Source: Bacillota bacterium
GTDB taxonomy: Bacteria > Bacillota > SHA-98 > UBA4971
Assembly: GCA_014360195.1 (NCBI GenBank)
Contig: JACIXY010000001.1
Coordinates: 186,989 to 250,988 of the forward strand
DNA length: 64,000 bases
Direction of reading: 5' to 3'
The position numbers were made by a program, and so were the translations under genes. Numbering within the stretch: the first letter of the stretch is position 1; each line of letters begins with the position of its first letter. The notes beneath the pieces were generated by a model, which had not been told where the DNA came from, did no database searches, and saw only the letters and a list, made by a program, of their open reading frames with translations. Shown one piece after another: positions 22,388 to 32,300 of the stretch.

Positions 22388-22570
22388 ATGGTCGTAAAGT
22401 GCGAGATCTGCGGCAAGGTCATCCCAAAGGCGAGGCTCGAGATTCTGCCGACTACAAAACGATGCGTTGACTGTGCGAAGAAAAATGGCACAGACGTGCA
22501 GGCCAAGCGTACCGAAGTGGGCATGGATATCGAAACCTACAAAGACCTCCTGGGGGCGACAAGAAGCTAA
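22388..22570 (+). CDS. TraR/DksA-family C4-type zinc-finger protein (small)
   Basis: MVVKCEICGKVIPKARLEILPTTKRCVDCAKK: CxxC-N17-CxxC, 60 aa. Confidence 0.6.
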   Translation: MVVKCEICGKVIPKARLEILPTTKRCVDCAKKNGTDVQAKRTEVGMDIETYKDLLGATRS

Positions 22571-22628
22571 GGTGCCGCAGCGCAGGCGTTCGCCCCGTTC
22601 AGGCTTATACGATAAGGCGAAGGGAATA

Positions 22629-23348
22629 ATGGCGATGACCGAGATACAGTTGCTCCTTGAACTCCAGCACCTGGACATGCAGAGACAGCGGCTGGAAAGG
22701 GCGCTCGCGGAGCTGCCTGTCCAGAAAGAGATCGACGATCTTGAGGCCGCTCTTGCGGTGCTGCGCGCAAGCCTCGCCGACACAAACGCGGGGCTTGCGC
22801 GCACTCGTAAAGAGCAAAAAGAAGCGGAATGGAGCCTTAAAGAGACGGTTACGGCTATCGAGACCATTTCGACAAAGCTGTACGGAGGCGCGGTCACGAA
22901 CCCCAGAGAGATCGAGGGCATGCAGGGTAAACTTAAGATGCTGGAAGCGAGCAAAGCCCGGCTTGAGGACCGGATCATCGGGCAGATGGAGGAGATCGAG
23001 GCGCTCGAGTCTCAGGCGAAGACGCTGGGCGACGAGATCGGTCAGGCTGCGTCGAAGCTGGAGAGCCTGAAAAACATGCGCGATGCGAAGGTGGCTGAGA
23101 TCGAATCCGAGATGTCGGATGTTGTCAAAGAGCGCGATGCGCTTGCGGCGAAGATTTCGGCTGGTGTTCTCGCCAGGTACGAGCAGCTCGCGAAGGACAA
23201 GGGTGGTCTTGCGGTAGTGCCCCTCAGGGACGGGATTTGCGGCGGGTGCCACGTGGTTCTGCCGACGTTCCTCGTGGCCCGAGCGAAACCCAATGACCAG
23301 GTTGTCAGGTGCGAGAGTTGCGGCAGAATCCTTTGCTGGGTTGGGTGA
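22629..23348 (+). CDS. zinc-ribbon domain protein (COG1579 / DUF164 family; coiled coil + C-terminal C4 Zn ribbon)
   Basis: Long coiled-coil (LLLELQHLDMQRQRLERALAEL...) and C-terminal CGGCHVVLP...CESCGRIL. Immediately upstream of rnhA and rnpB. Confidence 0.7.
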   Translation: MAMTEIQLLLELQHLDMQRQRLERALAELPVQKEIDDLEAALAVLRASLADTNAGLARTRKEQKEAEWSLKETVTAIETISTKLYGGAVTNPREIEGMQGKLKMLEASKARLEDRIIGQMEEIEALESQAKTLGDEIGQAASKLESLKNMRDAKVAEIESEMSDVVKERDALAAKISAGVLARYEQLAKDKGGLAVVPLRDGICGGCHVVLPTFLVARAKPNDQVVRCESCGRILCWVG

Positions 23349-23441
23349 CCGTGCGGTACGGCTGGTTTGGCGGGGTTGGCCGCGGCTCGCGAGACCTTCA
23401 GAGGGGCACGGCGGGGTTGCCCAGCACATGGCTTTGGGAGG

Positions 23442-23945
23442 ATGTTAGGAGGGAAGGTGGTGGACGACTGCTTGCAGGCTGATGCACGTGGTGAGCTGAT
23501 CATATACAGCGACGGTGCGTCCCGGGGGAATCCAGGCCCTGCTGGGGTCGGCGCGGTCATTCTCAACGAGAGCGAGCAGGTGGTTGCCGAGATAAGCCAG
23601 GGGATCGGCAGTACGACTAACAACGAGGCCGAGTATCTCGCGCTTGCGAGGGCGCTCGAAACTGCGCAAAAGCTTGGGGCTCGCAGAGTGCGGGTATATG
23701 TGGACAGCGAGCTTGTGGCGAGGCAGCTTTCCGGGGAGTACGCTGTGAAGTCGGATCGACTGCGCCCCCTCGTGGCGAGGGTGCAGAAACTGAGGAGAGG
23801 ATTCGACTCGTGCCCTGTAAGACACGTGCGGCGGGGTATGAACGCGAGGGCCGACGAGCTTGCCAATATGGGCATCGACGCTGCCCTCGAGCCCTGGAAG
23901 AGAGCCGGAGAGCCATGTGGGCAGGGAGGCGAGCGAGAGAATTGA
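23442..23945 (+). CDS. rnhA: ribonuclease HI
   Basis: LIIYSDGASRGNPGPAGVGAVIL...TNNEAEYLALARALE...VYVDSELVARQL has the RNase H catalytic D/E/D signature. The start may alternatively be the GTG at about 23460. Confidence 0.85.
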   Translation: MLGGKVVDDCLQADARGELIIYSDGASRGNPGPAGVGAVILNESEQVVAEISQGIGSTTNNEAEYLALARALETAQKLGARRVRVYVDSELVARQLSGEYAVKSDRLRPLVARVQKLRRGFDSCPVRHVRRGMNARADELANMGIDAALEPWKRAGEPCGQGGEREN

Positions 23946-23996
23946 GGCGGCCAGCGTGACGCGGCGATGCGGCGAGGAGCGGGGCGGCCGCTGGGT

Positions 23997-24025
23997 TTGA
24001 CATACGGGCTCGCAGGTGGTAGAAT
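23997..24025 (+). promoter_or_regulatory. sigma-A promoter TTGACA-N17-TAGAAT for rnpB
   Basis: Consensus -35 and 17-nt spacer about 10 nt upstream of the RNase P RNA P1 helix. Confidence 0.7.
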
Positions 24026-24040
24026 CCTTGTAGGTTTTCG

Positions 24041-24430
<390 letters not shown>

Positions 24431-24438
24431 TGGTTTGA

Positions 24439-24480
24439 GGCGAGCGCTCCTGGTACTAGGAGCGCTCGCTTTCTGTTGTT
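24439..24480 (+). terminator. rho-independent terminator after rnpB
   Basis: GGCGAGCGCTCC-TGGTACTA-GGAGCGCTCGC followed by TTTCTGTTGTT. Confidence 0.8.
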
Positions 24481-24626
24481 CAAAACCTTTGTGTCAGGCA
24501 GAAGGATTTCCGCGATTCATGGAGAATGGTTGCATTGGCGTGTTACGATAGTACAAAAACGTGCTACGCCGGTACCGGGGGGCGAAGACTGCAGTGGGCG
24601 AGAGGCAGGAGGGTGCCGGAGGCCTT

Positions 24627-25034
24627 GTGCGCTTTGGGGTGGCCGTGAATGAGAAGCTGCTTGCGGACTTCGACAGGGCCATCCAGGAGCAGGGCTATGC
24701 GAACCGGTCCGAGGCAATCCGCGACCTCATCAGGGCCTACCTGGTGGAGCGCGAATGGGATGGGGGCGAGGAGGAGGTCGTCGGGACGATTACGCTGGTG
24801 TTCGACCACCACGGGAGAGGGCTCGGCGAATACCTCACAGACATCCAGCACGATCATCAGCCCCTCGTTATCTCCACTCTGCATGTTCACCTCGACCACG
24901 ACAACTGCCTCGAGGTCCTGGTGGTGCGCGGGAGAAGCAGAGACCTGAGGAGGTTGGCTGACAGCCTCATCAGCGTGAAAGGGGTCAAGCACGGGAGGCT
25001 TACCATGACTTGCACAGGGAAAAGCCTTCTTTGA
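24627..25034 (+). CDS. nikR: nickel-responsive transcriptional regulator NikR (RHH + ACT-like metal-binding domain)
   Basis: [39 protein letters not shown] aligns with E. coli Nik[33 protein letters not shown]-terminal His cluster (DHHGRGL...[28 protein letters not shown]). GTG start after GGAGG. Confidence 0.85.
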   Translation: MRFGVAVNEKLLADFDRAIQEQGYANRSEAIRDLIRAYLVEREWDGGEEEVVGTITLVFDHHGRGLGEYLTDIQHDHQPLVISTLHVHLDHDNCLEVLVVRGRSRDLRRLADSLISVKGVKHGRLTMTCTGKSLL

Positions 25035-25138
25035 TTTCCGGGGACGGTCTCAGCCGGCGCCGGCCGCGGCGCGGCTGGGCCGGTGCTCTCAAGGGCGACG
25101 GCGCCCTGGGAAATACGACGTGAAGGGAGCAGGTAGCA

Positions 25139-25690
25139 GTGCGGAACAATGTCGTGCGAGGGGTTACCTACGGAGCGATCTTCATTGCGCTCGGGATAGT
25201 GTTCCCAGTGTTTTTCCACGCTGTGGGGGCGGGCAAAGTGTTCCTTCCCATGCATATACCGGTCCTTCTGGCAGGCTTCTTTACCGGCCCTGTCACAGGC
25301 GCGGTCGTTGGATTTCTTACGCCCATCCTCTCTGCCCTTTTGACCGGGATGCCTCCCCTGATGCCGCCCATAGCCCAGGCCATGATGGCGGAGCTGGCGG
25401 TGTATGGCCTCCTGAGCGGGCTTCTGTACAGGGCGCTGAGACAAAACGTGATAGTGGCGCTCGTGGGTGCGATGATCGGCGGCCGCCTCGTATACGGCGT
25501 GCTTGCGGCATACCTTCTGCCCTTGTTCGGCCTGAACCGGGTGCCGGTGTTCTACCCCTTGACTGCCGGGATTGTGGGGAGTCTGCCCGGCGTCATCCTG
25601 CAGCTCGTTTTCATTCCCGCGGTGGTGTACCTGGCGGAGAGGACCCTGAAGGCAAGGCCCGCGAGCTCCGCCGGAAAGCAGGAGGCGTAA
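25139..25690 (+). CDS. ECF-transporter S-component-like small membrane protein (substrate unknown)
   Basis: 183 aa, 5-6 TM helices, Gly/Pro-rich helices (FLPMHIPVLLAGFFTGPVTGAVVGFLTPILSALLTGMPP) reminiscent of PF12822-type S components. No EcfA/EcfT genes adjacent. Confidence 0.45.
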   Translation: MRNNVVRGVTYGAIFIALGIVFPVFFHAVGAGKVFLPMHIPVLLAGFFTGPVTGAVVGFLTPILSALLTGMPPLMPPIAQAMMAELAVYGLLSGLLYRALRQNVIVALVGAMIGGRLVYGVLAAYLLPLFGLNRVPVFYPLTAGIVGSLPGVILQLVFIPAVVYLAERTLKARPASSAGKQEA

Positions 25691-26183
25691 CGGGATTCAA
25701 CGGGATTCAGTTGGACACCGGCAGCAGCGACAGAGAGTCGGCCTCCCGTGCGGGCTGAGGTTTGATGGCCGCACCAAAGGCCGCGCTGGAACGCGGTGAA
25801 ATGCAAGGCAGTTGCATATGCTCGCTGCAGCCGATACCGTCAGGGAGCGTGAAAGCGCGAATTCGGCTTTGTTAAGCGTCGGTCGAGGGCAAGATACGCA
25901 TGCCGGCGCCGGGTGATGAAGGCTTTGGCGCATGATACCAGGTCCAGGTCAGTGATGCCCGGTCCAGGAAGCGCATGAGCGAGAAGCGGACACAACAGGC
26001 TGGCTCGTGCCGAGAGGAAGGGCCTGCCGGCGAACTGGGGTCGCAGTCGGCGGCAGGCCCTCCTCGTTTGTTGCGCGTCCAAACCAGCGGACCGCGTTGC
26101 AGCCCCTGGGGCAGCCATGCCATTCCGGGAGCGCGGCTTGCCCGCCGCGGCCGCTGCACATGCAACCGGGTCGCGAACCAGGC

Positions 26184-27281
26184 CTACTCAACCATTTCCC
26201 AGGTGCGGCCCGGCCGGATCCGCCGCGTGATCTTACCTACGGTAGCGATGCGCTCCTCGGCGAGCCGGTCGGCGGCCTTGTGGGTCGGAATGCCGTCCCG
26301 CTTCGATATCTCGACGACCTTGAGTATAGTATCGTAGATGCCTGCCGCCTTTCGGAGGGCTCTCTCACGGTTGTACCCGAAGAGCCCATCTGCGACGTTG
26401 ATGACACCCCCGGCGTTGATGATGTAGTCGGGCGCGTAAAGGATGCCCATGTCCTGCAGCACGTCGCCGTGGCGGTCCTCCTTCAGCTGGTTATTGGCGG
26501 AGCCTCCCACGATCTTGCACTTGAGCCTGGGGATGGTGTCATCGTTGAGGATAGCACCGAGGGCGCAAGGGGCGAAGATGTCGCACTCGACGTCGAATAT
26601 GGCGTCGGGCTCCACGGCCTGGGCTCCGAGGTCACGCACCGCCCTTTGGACCTTGTCCGGGAAGATGTCGGTTACGATGAGCTTCGCGCCTTCATCGCTG
26701 AGGTGCTTGCCGAGGTGGTAACCGACGCTTCCCACGCCCTGGATGGCCACGGTGAGCCCTTTCAGCGAGTCGCTACCGAAAACCACCTTCGCGCAGGCCG
26801 CAAGGCCGCGCCAGACGCCGTACGCGGTCACCGGGCCGGGGTCGCCGCTACCTCCAGAGGCACTGGATGAGCCTCCGACCCACCTGGTCTCGCACCTGAT
26901 GGTTTCCACATCGTCCACTGTGATGCCGACGTCCTCGCCTGTGATAAACCTGCCGCCGAGAGTATCCACGAACCGGCCGAACACCCTGAAGAGCTCTTCG
27001 GACTTATCCTTTCTGGGGTCGCCGATGATGACGGCCTTTCCGCCGCCAAAGTTCAGCCCCGCCGCGGCGTTTTTGTAGGTCATGCCGCGAGCGAGGCGGA
27101 GCGCATCGATAATCGCCTCCTCTTCGGTGTTGTACGGCCACATGCGTGTGCCGCCGAGGGCGGGGCCGAGAGTGGTATCGTGGATGACAATTATCGCCCG
27201 CAGGCCCGCGGATGTGTCGCTGCAGAAAAGGACCTGCTCGTAGTCGTGTTTCCTCATCGCATCAAACAGGTTCATCGTCAT
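26184..27281 (-). CDS. ldh: leucine dehydrogenase (Glu/Leu/Phe/Val dehydrogenase family)
   Basis: [50 protein letters not shown]...[20 protein letters not shown]. 366 aa from the ATG after RBS AAGGAGGA. Confidence 0.88.
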   Translation of the reverse strand: MTMNLFDAMRKHDYEQVLFCSDTSAGLRAIIVIHDTTLGPALGGTRMWPYNTEEEAIIDALRLARGMTYKNAAAGLNFGGGKAVIIGDPRKDKSEELFRVFGRFVDTLGGRFITGEDVGITVDDVETIRCETRWVGGSSSASGGSGDPGPVTAYGVWRGLAACAKVVFGSDSLKGLTVAIQGVGSVGYHLGKHLSDEGAKLIVTDIFPDKVQRAVRDLGAQAVEPDAIFDVECDIFAPCALGAILNDDTIPRLKCKIVGGSANNQLKEDRHGDVLQDMGILYAPDYIINAGGVINVADGLFGYNRERALRKAAGIYDTILKVVEISKRDGIPTHKAADRLAEERIATVGKITRRIRPGRTWEMVE

Positions 27282-27504
27282 ATCCTCCTTGTCTTGAGGT
27301 TTCGAGAGGGGAGCCTCAAGTGAGAACTGCCGGCGGGAAAGCCTATCCGCCCGGACGATGCTTTGGCAAGGACGCTTTCCTCCTTTCGGATGGCTTTTGA
27401 GGTGTGTGGGATTATGTTGTGTCGGCAGCAGCGCTGCCACCTAGTTGTTTGGATATATCGGCACAAATTCCTTCTGTGCGGGGGGCTGTATGGCAGAATT
27501 TGTC

Positions 27505-27534
27505 TTGACAGGAAGGACGGGGGCCTCATATACT
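27505..27534 (+). promoter_or_regulatory. sigma-A promoter TTGACA-N18-TATACT for imuB-like/dnaE2
   Basis: Directly upstream of the LexA box. Confidence 0.55.
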
Positions 27535-27541
27535 ATAAATG

Positions 27542-27555
27542 CGAACAGACGTTCG
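27542..27555 (+). promoter_or_regulatory. LexA (Cheo/SOS) box CGAACAGACGTTCG
   Basis: Perfect match to the Gram-positive consensus CGAACRNRYGTTCG. Positioned at the predicted transcription start of the imuB-like gene. Confidence 0.8.
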
Positions 27556-27575
27556 ACCACACTGCCTCTATCGTC

Positions 27576-29138
27576 ATGAAGGTCATGAAGGTGAGACCCA
27601 TGTCAATGGTGGTGGCGCATACCTGGGTGCCCGGTTTTTATGCGAAAGCCGAGGCTCTATTGAGCCGACATCCGGAGGGGGCGCCCGTGGTGGTGATCGC
27701 AAGGGGTAAGCAGGTGATGGATGCGTCGCCGGGTGCGAGGAAGAGGGGCATAGAGCCGGGGATGTCACTGTCCGCGGCGCGACTCATGTGCCCAGAGATC
27801 ATCGAGGTGGGCTACGTCCCTGAGCGGTACGACAGCCTTGCCGACAGCCTATGGGAGGCATGCGCGCAGTATAGCCCGGCAGTGGAGCCCCTGGCCCAAC
27901 ACGAAGCTTTCATCGACCTTTCAGGATGCGCCGATGTGCCGGGCGTGCTCAAGAGAGTATCTCAGGGTATAGAGGGCATCGTTGGAAGCCGTCCCCTGTT
28001 CGGGGTGGCGCGCTGCAAACTGGTGGCGCGGGTGGCTTCAGGAGTGCTCGAGGAGACAAGGGAGGTTTTGCAGGGCAAAGCACCTGGAGCCTCGTGCCGC
28101 CGCCGGGCGGGGTCCCATCCTGAAGGAGAAAGGCAGGGGAGGCATCTGACGGTCAGCCTGGCGCGGGAGGCCGGGAACGCCCTGATCGTTACCGGGAAGG
28201 AAAAGGAGTTTCTCGCCCCCTTGCCCGTGGGTGTACTCTGGACCATCGATAGAGATGTGATCGAGCGCCTCCTGCGCCTCGGCGTGCAACGGGTGGGCGA
28301 CGTGCAGGCGATGGGGAGATCGGCTCTCGCCGATGCGTTGGGAGAGGCAGGGCACGTTGTTTACGAGTTCAGCCTCGGCACGGATCGTTCGAGGGTGATG
28401 CCTGTCTACCCGAAAGAGGCTGTAACGTTTCGAAAGGCTTTCGACGACGAGGTTTCCGATGAGCCTATCCTGGCTCGCATAGTGGAAGGCGGCGCCGCGT
28501 TCATCGAACAGAGGCTGAGGGCCTGTGCTGTGACGGCCCGCCGGTGGGGTATCGTGCTCGAGTTCGCCAGCAACAGTGGTGCGAGCCAGGTGGCGCGCGA
28601 GCGACGCCTTTCGAAACCGCCGGAGTTCTACGGCGGCGTCCCGGCGATATACAGAAGCCTCCTGAGAGAGGTACTGTCGGCGCCGGGCGGGGCAACACCA
28701 TCACAATCTGAGTCGCCCGGGGCACCTGAATCGCCTGGGTCGTTTGGGTCGGCGTGGGGTCCGGGGCGGCAGGTGACGCGGCGCGAGCCGGCGACATGCG
28801 GGCTGTCCCGTCCTGTGAGAGCGATATCACTTGTAGCAGCCGATCTCGTGCCCACGGTAGCGGCATCGCAGGTGGATATGTTCGACCCGCATATAGCCGT
28901 CGACCCGACCCGAGCCGTCGATGCGGTCGTGGGTCGGGTAAGGGAGAAGTTCGGCGTGAAGAGCCTTTTTCCGGCGAGCCTGCTTGAATGCGACAGAAGA
29001 GATAGACTCCTGCTGGCCTGGGAGGCTTGTTCGTATGAGGAGAGTAAACAGGTCGCTTCAGGTTGTGATGCGAGGAGACCGGCGCCCGGAGAGGTTCTAC
29101 TGGAAACGAAAATGGCTTCGGGTGCTTTCCATTGTTGA
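27576..29138 (+). CDS. imuB: ImuB-like Y-family DNA polymerase homolog (catalytically inactive type)
   Basis: DinB/UmuC-fold similarity (VVIARGKQVMDASPGARKRGIEPGMSLSAARLMCPE...). The DMDCFF acidic catalytic residues are replaced by VVAHTWVPGFYA. The true start may be the ATG at 27600 or 27606. The region upstream of 27576 contains the LexA box and cannot be coding. Confidence 0.7.
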   Translation: MKVMKVRPMSMVVAHTWVPGFYAKAEALLSRHPEGAPVVVIARGKQVMDASPGARKRGIEPGMSLSAARLMCPEIIEVGYVPERYDSLADSLWEACAQYSPAVEPLAQHEAFIDLSGCADVPGVLKRVSQGIEGIVGSRPLFGVARCKLVARVASGVLEETREVLQGKAPGASCRRRAGSHPEGERQGRHLTVSLAREAGNALIVTGKEKEFLAPLPVGVLWTIDRDVIERLLRLGVQRVGDVQAMGRSALADALGEAGHVVYEFSLGTDRSRVMPVYPKEAVTFRKAFDDEVSDEPILARIVEGGAAFIEQRLRACAVTARRWGIVLEFASNSGASQVARERRLSKPPEFYGGVPAIYRSLLREVLSAPGGATPSQSESPGAPESPGSFGSAWGPGRQVTRREPATCGLSRPVRAISLVAADLVPTVAASQVDMFDPHIAVDPTRAVDAVVGRVREKFGVKSLFPASLLECDRRDRLLLAWEACSYEESKQVASGCDARRPAPGEVLLETKMASGAFHC

Positions 29139-29277
29139 CGAATGGCGCGAGGTAGGCGACTGGTGGCAGGGGGAAGGGGAGAGGCGCGTTTTTGCCGTGC
29201 TTGCAGACAACGGCGGAGTATACGAACTCTGTTGCGATGAGCACGACGCCTGGCAGCTTACGAAGATCTTCGACTAA
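29068..29277 (+). CDS. W-rich small ORF in +1 frame overlapping the imuB-like 3' end (possible ImuB C-terminal domain split by frameshift, or independent small protein)
   Basis: RRPERFYWKRKWLRVLSIVDEWREVGDWWQGEGERRVFAVLADNGGVYELCCDEHDAWQLTKIFD has a globular-looking composition. The imuB frame over the same nucleotides is low-information. Ends 27 nt before dnaE2. Confidence 0.35.
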   Translation: MRGDRRPERFYWKRKWLRVLSIVDEWREVGDWWQGEGERRVFAVLADNGGVYELCCDEHDAWQLTKIFD

Positions 29278-29303
29278 CTATAGTTGAGGGAGTTCGAAGC
29301 GCC

Positions 29304-32300
29304 ATGGGGAAGTTCGCGCATCTCCACGTGCACTCGCATTTCTCATTCCTTGATGGGGCGTCGAGCGTCGAGGCCATTGTGAGGGGCGCGGCGGAGCTTG
29401 GCATGGAGGCCATCGCCGTCACGGACCACGACAACCTCTGCGCGGCGGCGAGGCTCGTCCGGGCCGCCCGGCAGCACGGGATAAAGCCCATCCACGGCGT
29501 CGAGGTCACGCTCGAGGGCGGGAGCCACCTGGTACTTCTGGCGGAAGGGCCCGAGGGCTATGCCAACATCTGCACGATCCTCACCGAGGCTTATATGTCG
29601 AGAGACTGGGAGAGGGCCATCGCGGGCGACGGCGTAGCGCTGTTTTCTAGGAGCCCTAGCGATACGATACTAAGTGAGAGTGCAACACCGGCAACCCGAC
29701 ACCCGCTGGAAAACCGGGAGGAATTAACTAACCTTCGCTTAGGGCCGCCCGGGCGAGCGCTCCCGGCGTCAGGGAGCGAGGTCGTGGCGGAGTTTGCCAG
29801 GCGCCGCCTGGCACCGAGGGTGTCCCTGTCCTCGCTTGAGGAGCACCACAAGGGGGTCATAGCGCTTTCCGGGTGCATCGTGCGGGGCGCCGTTGCAGCA
29901 CTCGTCCGCGCGGGCAGGTACAGGCAGGCGCTGGAGCTTGCCAGGCGGCTTGTGGACATCTTCGGGCGGGCTAGCTTCTACATCGAACTCCAGAGCCTCG
30001 CCATCCCAGGTGGCGACCACCTCATCTCCCGCCTCGTTGAGCTGGCGGAGGAAGTCGGGGTGAGGGTCGTGGCTACCAACGACGTCCACTACTGCAAAAA
30101 ATCGGACTTTGCCATACATGACGTCCTCACCTGTATCCGCACGCTGACGCGGCTCGACGATGTGCATCCTGAGCGGAGGCTCAACGCCGAGAACTACTTG
30201 AAGCCTGTCGAAGAGATGACGTCCCTTTTCCGCCGCTATCCTGAGGCGATAGCAACTGCAGGCGAGATCGCCGACCGGTGCTCTCCCGGGCTTTTGCTCG
30301 ACCAGAGGCTCTTTCCAACCTTTGTCCCTCCAGAGGGGACGGGGACGTCCGCCGAGTACCTCCGACATCTTGTATACGAAGGCGCCTTATCGCGCTATGG
30401 GACTATCACCCCGGCGATAAGGTCGAGGCTCGACCACGAGCTTGACGTCATATGCACCCTCGGGTATGAGGACTACTTTCTCATGGTATGGGACGTTGTG
30501 AACTTCGCCCGGCAAAAGGGGATCCGGTTCGCGGGGAGGGGCTCCGCGGCAGACTCCGCCGTGGCGTATTGCCTTTTCATAACCAGCGTGGACCCGATCG
30601 CCCGCGGCCTTCTCTTCGAGAGATTCCTCAGCCTCGAGCGGGCGCAGAAGCCCGACATCGACATCGACTTCGATGCCCGCAGGCGAGATGATGTGCGGGA
30701 TTACCTGCAGCGCAAGTACGGTCCCGAGCGTGTGGCGACGGTATGCACTTTCAACACGTTTCGAGCGAGGTCTGCCGTGCGCGACGTGGGCAAGGCCATG
30801 GGGCTGCCCCCAGGGGACATAGACCGGCTTGCGAAGCGCCTTCCGCACATGTGCGCAGACGAGATCAGGGTGGCTTTCGAGAGGTACCCCGAGCTTCGCG
30901 AGAGCGGCATCTCCGTGGAGAAATACTTTCGTCTGTTCGATGTATGCCAGGCCCTGGCGGGCGTGCCGCGCCATATCGGCACCCACCTGGGCGGGGTGGT
31001 GGCAAGCCGGGTGCCTCTCGTGAGGGTGACCCCCTTGCAGATGGCGGCGCGGGGCGTAGTCATCACCCAGTTCGACAAGGACGACGTGGAGGAGGTCGGC
31101 CTCATCAAGCTCGATCTGCTGTCGCTGCGCATGCTCGCGGCGGTGGAAGATTCCGTGAGGCTGAGCGGCGTCGATTACCAGCGCATTCCCCTCGACGATG
31201 AGGCCACATACGAGATGCTGAACGCCGGGGAAACGATAGGCGCCTTCCAGCTCGAAAGCCCGGCGCAGCGGGCGCTCCAGGGGCGCCTCGGGGCGAGCAC
31301 CATTGAGGACATCGTGGCGAGCGTGGCGCTCATCCGGCCGGGTCCCGTCCAGGGGAACATGGTGGAGCCGTTCGTCGCAAGGAGGCGGGGGCTTGAGGAC
31401 GTGACTTACGTCCATCCCAGCCTTGAAAGGATCCTTAAAAAAACGTATGGCGTGGTGCTCTACCAGGAGCAGGTGATCGAGATCGCAACGGCGATAGCTG
31501 GCTTCACTCCGGGGGAGTCCGACCGCCTGAGAAAGGTGATGACTCACTACCGCTCCAGGGCCGAGATGGACGAGATAGGGAAGGAATTCGTGAGGAAGGC
31601 GATGGAACATGGAGCCCCCCGGGAGGTCGCCGAGACGGTGCTTTCATACATAGTTGCATACGCAGGGTATGGCTTCTGCGAGGCCCACGCGGCGGCCTTT
31701 GCGGACACCGCCTACAAGACGTCGTACCTTTTGCGCCATTTCCCTGCGGAGTTTTACGCGGCCATCCTGAACAACCAGCCGATGGGGTTCTATCCGCCAA
31801 ACACCATATGCGTGGAGGCCAGACGGCGCGGGGTCCGGATCCTGCCGGTTGACATAAATAGAAGCGCCGAGAGGTTTACTGTCGAGAACGGCGCAATACG
31901 CGTGGGGCTTCTCAGGGTGCGGGGCATAAGCGAGGAGACGGCCGCAAGGATAGTCGCATCCAGAGGGCCGCTGGGGTATGCCTCCATCGAGGACTTCTTC
32001 GCGCGGGTGCCCGTGGATCGCGACCTCCTTGAAAACCTGGTGTTATGCGGCGCATTTGATTCCCTGTGTCCCAACCGCAGGGCTGCGCTTTGGAAGATCG
32101 CAAGGCAGCTGCAAAGAGCGGAGCGGTTGGGAGGTCGGTCGCGTAAGTCGGCGGTGCGGAAGAGGAGTGGAAGCGGCGATGGCCGCGGTGCCATCCCTGG
32201 TTTGGCCCCGCAGCCGTGGCGCAGCCCCAACGATGGCGCTGGCGATGACGTTGGCACCTCTTCCGAAGCCGGCATGCAGGTGCGGAGCACGCAGGCCGGG

